In this document: positions 47,403 to 52,781 of the stretch, piece after piece | Numbering within the stretch: the stretch's first letter is position 1 | Layout: each line of letters begins with the position of its first letter | Origin: a virus | Lineage: Duplodnaviria > Caudoviricetes | Reading direction: 5' to 3' (one strand) | Virus record (IMG/VR): IMGVR_UViG_3300047201_000122 | Span: 1-52,781 of that record | Length of the DNA: 52,781 nt | Notes under the pieces: model-generated | The model's input: the letters and a program-made list of their open reading frames with translations, nothing else | What the model was told of the DNA's origin: nothing | The model's database searches: none | Made by a program: the position numbers and the translations under genes

Positions 47403-49334
47403 ATGCCTACACATACAGGATATGATAGTAGTAATAAACCTCCTTGTTTTGCACAGTGGGGCAATTCAGGAAAGAAATATTATTATACCTGTGGAGATAA
47501 AGGAGCAATGGACGAAGCAAAGGCAAAAGCCAATGCACAAGGGCAGGCAATAAGAGCAAGCGGTTGGACAGAAAGTAAAAAATTTAATGAGAAAGGAGAT
47601 GAAAACAATTTGAAAGTAATTAAAGATAAAGCTGCTATTGAATCTTATGAGGAAAAAATACAAAAAGTAAGGAATGCTTTTGAAGGGAATAATACATCAC
47701 AACCTATGGAAGCGGAAGTTAGTAGCATAATGGTAGTATATACTTTTGATAGTTCAGTTATCTTAAAAGATTATAATACCCAGAAATATTATGAAGCTGA
47801 TTATTCTATTTTACCAGATGGGAATATAGTCAAAGGAGTACCAAAAGAAGTAGAATTAACCTATGTCCAAAAACGATTATTTGCAGAGAGTCTTGATTTT
47901 TCAAGTATCAAGAATATTGATGATATCAAAAATGCTTTGGATGAGGTTAAAAAGTATGATTGGAGTTGGGCAGGAAGTTTTACTAAATGTGTAGAAATAT
48001 TAACAGATAAACCGGGTATAGATAATCCAGAAGGTTTATGCTCTTGGTTACATCACGAAGCAGAAGGAAAATGGCCAGGCGAAAAAGCAAGAGAAGAAAT
48101 AATAACTAAAGAAAAAGGTTGCGAATTAACTGGTCCAATAGTTATGAAAAATGAAGCACAAAGAATTGTTTATGCCGCGGTTTTAGTTCCCGGTGAACCT
48201 GATTATGATTATGACAAAGGAGAAAAAATATTAACTAGAGAAGAAATAGAAAGGGTTGCACATAAATGGATGCTGGATTATATGAATATTGATGTTATGC
48301 ATTCTCTAAATAACGTAGCTAAACCTGTAGAAACTTTCCTTCTACCTATGGAATGGAATGTCGAAGCTTATGGCCAGAAATTGAAATTACCCATAGGAAC
48401 TTGGGTAATGGCTTCGAAAGTTGTTGATGATATTACTTGGAAAAAAGTAGAGAGTGGAGAACTGACTGGCTATTCAGTAATGGGAATAAGGAATACAGCT
48501 TTGAAGAGTCTATTGGATAGTGCCTCCAAAGGAAAAGATATTCTGGAAGAAATAAAAGCTGTTTTGAAAAAGACTTTAATAAAAGATTTAGGAGAGGATT
48601 GGATTGTGCCGTTTGTCAGTCTAGTTGATGAAGCTTGTGTTCCTAAGTCAAAATTCTTTGCTATTAAAGGTAAAGATAAGAATGATACGGAAGGGGTGAT
48701 AAATAGGTTAATAAATTTTGTGAAAGGTAAAAAGGAAGAATCTGAGAAAGGTATATTAGATATAGCAAATTCATTAAAAGATATAGTAGAAAAAAAAGGT
48801 AGAACAATAAGTGATGCTACCTATACTCAATTAAGAAATGCGATTACAGCTTTAAATAAATTGGTGGAAAAAGCAGATAGGGAAAGAGAAGAAAATTCTG
48901 ATAAAAATAAAAAGAAAGAAGGTGATACAAAAATGACCGAACAAGAAGTCAAGAAATTAAAAGATGAAATATTAGTAGAAGTTACGACTAAAGTAGGGGA
49001 GCAATTAAAACCTCTAATTGAAGCATTGAAAGTTCTTATTCCAGAGAAGAAAGAGGAAGATAGTAAAGAGCCAACGAATAAGGATGAAAAAGTTGAACTA
49101 GTAATAAAAACTAATGTAAAGGTCGATGATAAAGAAACTCTTACCAAAACCATTGGGGAATTGCAGGAAACGATAAGGAAATACAAAGAAGAAAAAGAAG
49201 GCAAATCTAATTCTTTAAAGGGACAGGATGATGCTAAAGATAAGGAAGATTATACTTATAAAGACCATATGGATGATTTAGATAGAGATGGTTATGGTAG
49301 ACGTAAAAAGAAAAAAGAACCTGAGAAGAAATAA
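47403..49334 (+). CDS. XkdF-like prohead protease/scaffold fusion
   Basis: RIVYAAVLVPGEPD...IDVMH...GTWV...GELTGYSVMG; charged coiled-coil C-terminus. Confidence 0.85.
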   Translation: MPTHTGYDSSNKPPCFAQWGNSGKKYYYTCGDKGAMDEAKAKANAQGQAIRASGWTESKKFNEKGDENNLKVIKDKAAIESYEEKIQKVRNAFEGNNTSQPMEAEVSSIMVVYTFDSSVILKDYNTQKYYEADYSILPDGNIVKGVPKEVELTYVQKRLFAESLDFSSIKNIDDIKNALDEVKKYDWSWAGSFTKCVEILTDKPGIDNPEGLCSWLHHEAEGKWPGEKAREEIITKEKGCELTGPIVMKNEAQRIVYAAVLVPGEPDYDYDKGEKILTREEIERVAHKWMLDYMNIDVMHSLNNVAKPVETFLLPMEWNVEAYGQKLKLPIGTWVMASKVVDDITWKKVESGELTGYSVMGIRNTALKSLLDSASKGKDILEEIKAVLKKTLIKDLGEDWIVPFVSLVDEACVPKSKFFAIKGKDKNDTEGVINRLINFVKGKKEESEKGILDIANSLKDIVEKKGRTISDATYTQLRNAITALNKLVEKADREREENSDKNKKKEGDTKMTEQEVKKLKDEILVEVTTKVGEQLKPLIEALKVLIPEKKEEDSKEPTNKDEKVELVIKTNVKVDDKETLTKTIGELQETIRKYKEEKEGKSNSLKGQDDAKDKEDYTYKDHMDDLDRDGYGRRKKKKEPEKK

Positions 49335-49356
49335 TAAAAATTACAAATGAAAGGAG

Positions 49357-50403
49357 ATGATATTATTGTTATCACAAGAAGAACTATTAGCGTTATTAGA
49401 AAAAGCAATGACTTTGAAGGGTGGGATAATCGAAATAACCGATTTAGGTGAATCTATCTTACAACCTCAAAAATTTACTAAATTCGTGCAACAGATGCAA
49501 GAGGATACGGTTATATTACCAGAGGCTCGATATGTCAAAATGGATAGTCAGATAGTAGATATAGATAGGGTTGCTTTTCTGGGTAGAATATTAAAATCAG
49601 GAAACGACAATACCGATAAGGCAGTGCCAGTGCATAGAAATTTAACAGAAGGAGAATTTACTATACCTGTAACTTATACTAACCATTTAACCGCTTCTGA
49701 ATTTCAGGCTATTGTATCTTTACGAGATAAGATGTTAAGAAGAAACATTGAAAGAGAAGGATTCGAGAGCACTCTTATCGATATGTTGGGTTCAGCAGTA
49801 GGTAGGGATTCTGAAGAGTTATATTTATTCGGTGATACAGATTTAACTCAGGGTCAAGATGATGTTCTTAATAAATTTGATGGTTGGATTAAACTTGCAG
49901 TAGGTAAAGTTTATGGAGTAGGTGGGGATGCGGATTTTGACCCTACTGATGATGAAGTCTATCCTGAAAATATGTTTAAGGCAATGTTGGGTGCAATCCC
50001 AAAGGTATATTTGAAGAATAGAAGTGGTTTTAGATTCTGGGTAAATTATGATACAGATGATGCCTATCGAGATTTATTGAAAAAGAGAAATACCGGACTT
50101 GGGGATAGTGTTCAGACTCAATTTAATGAAATAGCTTACAAAGGTATTCCTGTAAGAAGGGTCCCAATGATTGAAAGAGCAAAGACAATTGGAAATGGCG
50201 GACCAGGGGATGTATGCTTACTCGGTTATCCTAATAACTTAGTTTGGGGTGTATTTGCACAAATAGCTATCGAGAGAGAAAGGGAAGCTAAACAACGTAG
50301 AACTGATTTTGTCTTATCTCTTGAAGTATCTTGCAATTACGAAGACGAGAACGCTGCGGTAGTTGCCTATATTGAAAAAGAAAATCCAAGTGCTGTATCG
50401 TAA
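49357..50403 (+). CDS. Major capsid protein (HK97 fold, XkdG-like); probable start TTG 49366
   Basis: ILQPQKFTKF...RRNIEREGFE...DGWIK...PNNLVWG; follows the protease. Confidence 0.9.
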   Translation: MILLLSQEELLALLEKAMTLKGGIIEITDLGESILQPQKFTKFVQQMQEDTVILPEARYVKMDSQIVDIDRVAFLGRILKSGNDNTDKAVPVHRNLTEGEFTIPVTYTNHLTASEFQAIVSLRDKMLRRNIEREGFESTLIDMLGSAVGRDSEELYLFGDTDLTQGQDDVLNKFDGWIKLAVGKVYGVGGDADFDPTDDEVYPENMFKAMLGAIPKVYLKNRSGFRFWVNYDTDDAYRDLLKKRNTGLGDSVQTQFNEIAYKGIPVRRVPMIERAKTIGNGGPGDVCLLGYPNNLVWGVFAQIAIEREREAKQRRTDFVLSLEVSCNYEDENAAVVAYIEKENPSAVS

Positions 50404-50418
50404 GATATAAGTAAAATT

Positions 50419-50451
50419 AAGAGGCAGTAGAATAATATTTACTGCCTCTTT
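50419..50451 (+). terminator. Hairpin after the major capsid gene
   Basis: AAGAGGCAGTA/TACTGCCTCTT. Confidence 0.7.
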
Positions 50452-50464
50452 AATAAGGAGAAAT

Positions 50465-51241
50465 ATGCAAATAGGTATTGTAGGATTAGGAGTAGTGGGA
50501 AATGTAACTTATAATATATTAAAATCAAAACATAGTTTAAGAATATTTGACCCAGATAAAGGATTTAATAATAACCTTTCCAATTGCGATATTATCTTCA
50601 TATGCATTAATGAGAAAGACCCTACTATGAAAAACCTTGATAATCTAATTGCTGTTTTAATAAAGACAAATATAAAGGCAATATTTGTTATTAGAACGAC
50701 AGTTATCCCCGGCACTACAGATAGATATATTAAAACTCACAATAGAGATTTTGTCTATATGCCTGAATTCATCAGGGAATGGAATGTGAAATATGATACT
50801 TTACATCCAGACAAAATAATCATCGGGACAGAAAATCAAGAAATATGGGGACAATTATATGGAATGTTTAGCTACCATTTTCCTAACACAATAATTATTC
50901 AGGTAAAACCAATTGAAGCAGAAATAGCAAAATTAGCTTTGAATAGTTTAGCTTTAATTAAAGTAGTTTATGCCGAGCAATTATATGATGTGGTTGAAAA
51001 ATATAAATGTGATTATGGAAACATTTATAGGATATTTAATTCAGACCAGAATGTAAATGCAAGACATTTATTTGCGGGGAAGGATGGTTATCGAGGAGCA
51101 GATGGAAAATGTCTTCCAAAGGATGCTGAATTTTTATTAAACTCTTCAGGGGCTTCTAATATGGGATTATTAAAATTAGCTATCGAATTGAATAAACATT
51201 ATTTGAAAGAAGGAAATAATGATGAAAGAAAATCCATTTAA
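50465..51241 (+). CDS. UDP-glucose/GDP-mannose dehydrogenase family protein
   Basis: GIVGLGVVG Rossmann motif; RTTVIPGTT; PEFIRE; AEIAK; GADGKCLPKD. Confidence 0.9.
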   Translation: MQIGIVGLGVVGNVTYNILKSKHSLRIFDPDKGFNNNLSNCDIIFICINEKDPTMKNLDNLIAVLIKTNIKAIFVIRTTVIPGTTDRYIKTHNRDFVYMPEFIREWNVKYDTLHPDKIIIGTENQEIWGQLYGMFSYHFPNTIIIQVKPIEAEIAKLALNSLALIKVVYAEQLYDVVEKYKCDYGNIYRIFNSDQNVNARHLFAGKDGYRGADGKCLPKDAEFLLNSSGASNMGLLKLAIELNKHYLKEGNNDERKSI

Positions 51242-52448
51242 AGATAAAAATATTTTATTATTTCTTCATCCTGTATGGTGCAACGGAAGTTCTTATAAAT
51301 TTACTGAATACCTTAAAAAAGAATTTGGAATTAATTCTACAGAAACAAAGGATGGAGAAAAAATTGATTTAGGAATATGTTTTGGGGATTTATTTACTGA
51401 ATATCAAAAACCTTTAAAGAGAGGAATCCCTTATTTGTTAATAGAACACGATGTAACAAGTTTAAGGTTTGGATTAAATAGAAAAGCTTGTGCTTATGAG
51501 AGAGAGAAAATAGAAAATGCTGTTGCAATAATATTTACTTCTGAAGACCACGCTTTATATTATGAAAAACTAAAGAAGGAACAGGGATGGCATATCCCCG
51601 AATATATTGTAATCCATAATAAACCTCTTAAAAAAGATATTGAGTTTATTCCTAAAAAGAAATTAGAGGGTAAAAATTTGGTTTATGCCGGTGGTATTGT
51701 AGGCAGATGGGAAGATAAAAATTCTACTTATCATTACAGAGCTTATCATCATATTTTTAAAAAATTTATTGAAGCTGGCTGGAAAGTTCATATTTATTCT
51801 GCAAATATCTCAAAAACTCAACTAACTCAATATAAAGATATTGGTTGTATTCTATATGATAGAATAGATAATAACAAAATATATGAGGAAATGAGTCAAT
51901 ATACCGCAGGATTACATTCTTATAACCGCATCGATACCCCAGAGTTAGCTTTTCAATATACCCAATTATGCAGGCCAAATAGACTATATGATTATCTTGC
52001 TTCAGGAATACCGACTATCGGTTATGATGGGGGTAATGGGATGGCAGTATATAGGGATAAATGGGGAATCGTTATTGATGACTTAGAACCTGAAACTTTA
52101 AAGGCAATTCCAGAGCGATTAAAGAAAATAAAAATAACTCAAAAGATGAGAAATGATAATATTTTAGAGAAAGAAAGGAATAAATTTGAATATATTATTT
52201 ATACCGCTTTGAAAGAAGCGGGGAATACAGATAGAAAAAGATATTATAATACTGAGAATCCCTTTATAAAAAACGATTTAGATAAATATCCTAATCGGAT
52301 AAAGGTTTTTAATAAAGGAGTAATTTCCATTTATCGAGGTGGATATTTATTCCTACCAAGGCATACTTCAGCAGAATTGGAAGTTAATATGAGGACTTAT
52401 AAGGAAATAAAATCTCACGTAAGTCTGAGAATTGAGAATATAGAATAA
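51219..52448 (+). CDS. GT-B glycosyltransferase with an extra C-terminal ~50-aa domain
   Basis: LVYAGGI; RPNRLYDYLASGIPTI (GT4-like); WGIVIDD. Confidence 0.8.
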   Translation: MMKENPFKDKNILLFLHPVWCNGSSYKFTEYLKKEFGINSTETKDGEKIDLGICFGDLFTEYQKPLKRGIPYLLIEHDVTSLRFGLNRKACAYEREKIENAVAIIFTSEDHALYYEKLKKEQGWHIPEYIVIHNKPLKKDIEFIPKKKLEGKNLVYAGGIVGRWEDKNSTYHYRAYHHIFKKFIEAGWKVHIYSANISKTQLTQYKDIGCILYDRIDNNKIYEEMSQYTAGLHSYNRIDTPELAFQYTQLCRPNRLYDYLASGIPTIGYDGGNGMAVYRDKWGIVIDDLEPETLKAIPERLKKIKITQKMRNDNILEKERNKFEYIIYTALKEAGNTDRKRYYNTENPFIKNDLDKYPNRIKVFNKGVISIYRGGYLFLPRHTSAELEVNMRTYKEIKSHVSLRIENIE

Positions 52449-52458
52449 AGGAGAAGCA

Positions 52459-52728
52459 ATGATAAAATATAAATTGAAAATCAGAAATAATAAAGAAGAA
52501 ATGATTTATAGAAGAAAGAATGCCTTCCCACCTGAAAGTGTAAAAGATATAATTATTGATGAGATAGGTTTTAAAGAGATAAAAGCTTGCAGTGCTTTGA
52601 AAATTGAGAAACTTATTTGTATCTGTCCCTTCTGTAATAAGGAATATTACAATAAGCACGGATTATTAACTCATATCTCCAAAATGCATCCTGATGAAAA
52701 GTATAGAATATTTGGGAAAGGGAAGTGA
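52459..52728 (+). CDS. Small head-region protein with C2H2 Zn finger; N-domain homologous to the GT C-terminus
   Basis: IYR...F.P...KEIK...L.IE shared with the GT; CPFC...HISKMH. Confidence 0.65.
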   Translation: MIKYKLKIRNNKEEMIYRRKNAFPPESVKDIIIDEIGFKEIKACSALKIEKLICICPFCNKEYYNKHGLLTHISKMHPDEKYRIFGKGK

Positions 52729-52732
52729 TTAA

Positions 52733-52781
52733 ATGGCCAGAAAATTATATTATTCTACCGTTGATGAGGTTTTGGAATATA
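52733..52781 (+). CDS. Head-tail connector, 5' part (continues at window start)
   Basis: MARKLYYSTVDEVLEY after GGAAGTGA. Confidence 0.75.
   Translation, partial: MARKLYYSTVDEVLEY

Noticed and set aside
881-52659. Numerous minus-strand ORFs in the track (e.g. 3654-4070, 4614-5033, 37587-38120, 48827-49204)
   Set aside because: They are antisense shadows of + strand genes, F/L/I/Y-rich as expected from an A-rich coding strand, with no motifs; only 22221-22538 is convincing.
1-52781. Alternative genetic code, diversity-generating retroelement, or archaeal host
   Set aside because: Core genes are intact in code 11; no reverse transcriptase or TR/VR pair was seen; -35/-10 promoters, an M15 endolysin and the tmRNA-like RNA point to a bacterial host.

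Overview
This window looks like an essentially complete, circularly permuted genome of an AT-rich tailed dsDNA phage with siphovirus-type organisation. A 5-nt terminal overlap (ATATA) rejoins the head-tail connector gene across the two ends. Almost all genes are on the + strand. Gene order: neck and tail (1-12 kb), lysis and membrane proteins (12-17 kb), a second tail-fibre/adhesin block (17-22 kb), early, recombination and replication genes (23.6-41.8 kb), then terminases, portal, MuF, prohead protease and major capsid (42-50.4 kb), followed by a nucleotide-sugar dehydrogenase and glycosyltransferase. Sigma70-type promoters and Shine-Dalgarno sites indicate a bacterial host, probably diderm. 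I saw no integrase, DNA polymerase, reverse transcriptase or CRISPR array. Stand-out observations: (1) a 129-nt miniature tmRNA with a complete alanyl tRNA-like domain but essentially no mRNA-like domain; (2) about 15 free-standing homing-endonuclease-like genes (about 17% of the genome), three of which have their own promoter and a structurally conserved, sequence-covarying interleaved (A-B-A'-B') leader RNA, two with a loop-E motif; (3) a candidate virion-glycosylation module whose glycosyltransferase carries a copy of the neighbouring small head-region protein domain; (4) a +1 (or -2) tail-chaperone frameshift, a possible beta-barrel unimolecular spanin, and a Com-like zinc finger beside a terminator gating the capsid operon. 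All protein calls come from motif recognition and synteny by eye; no database searches were run.
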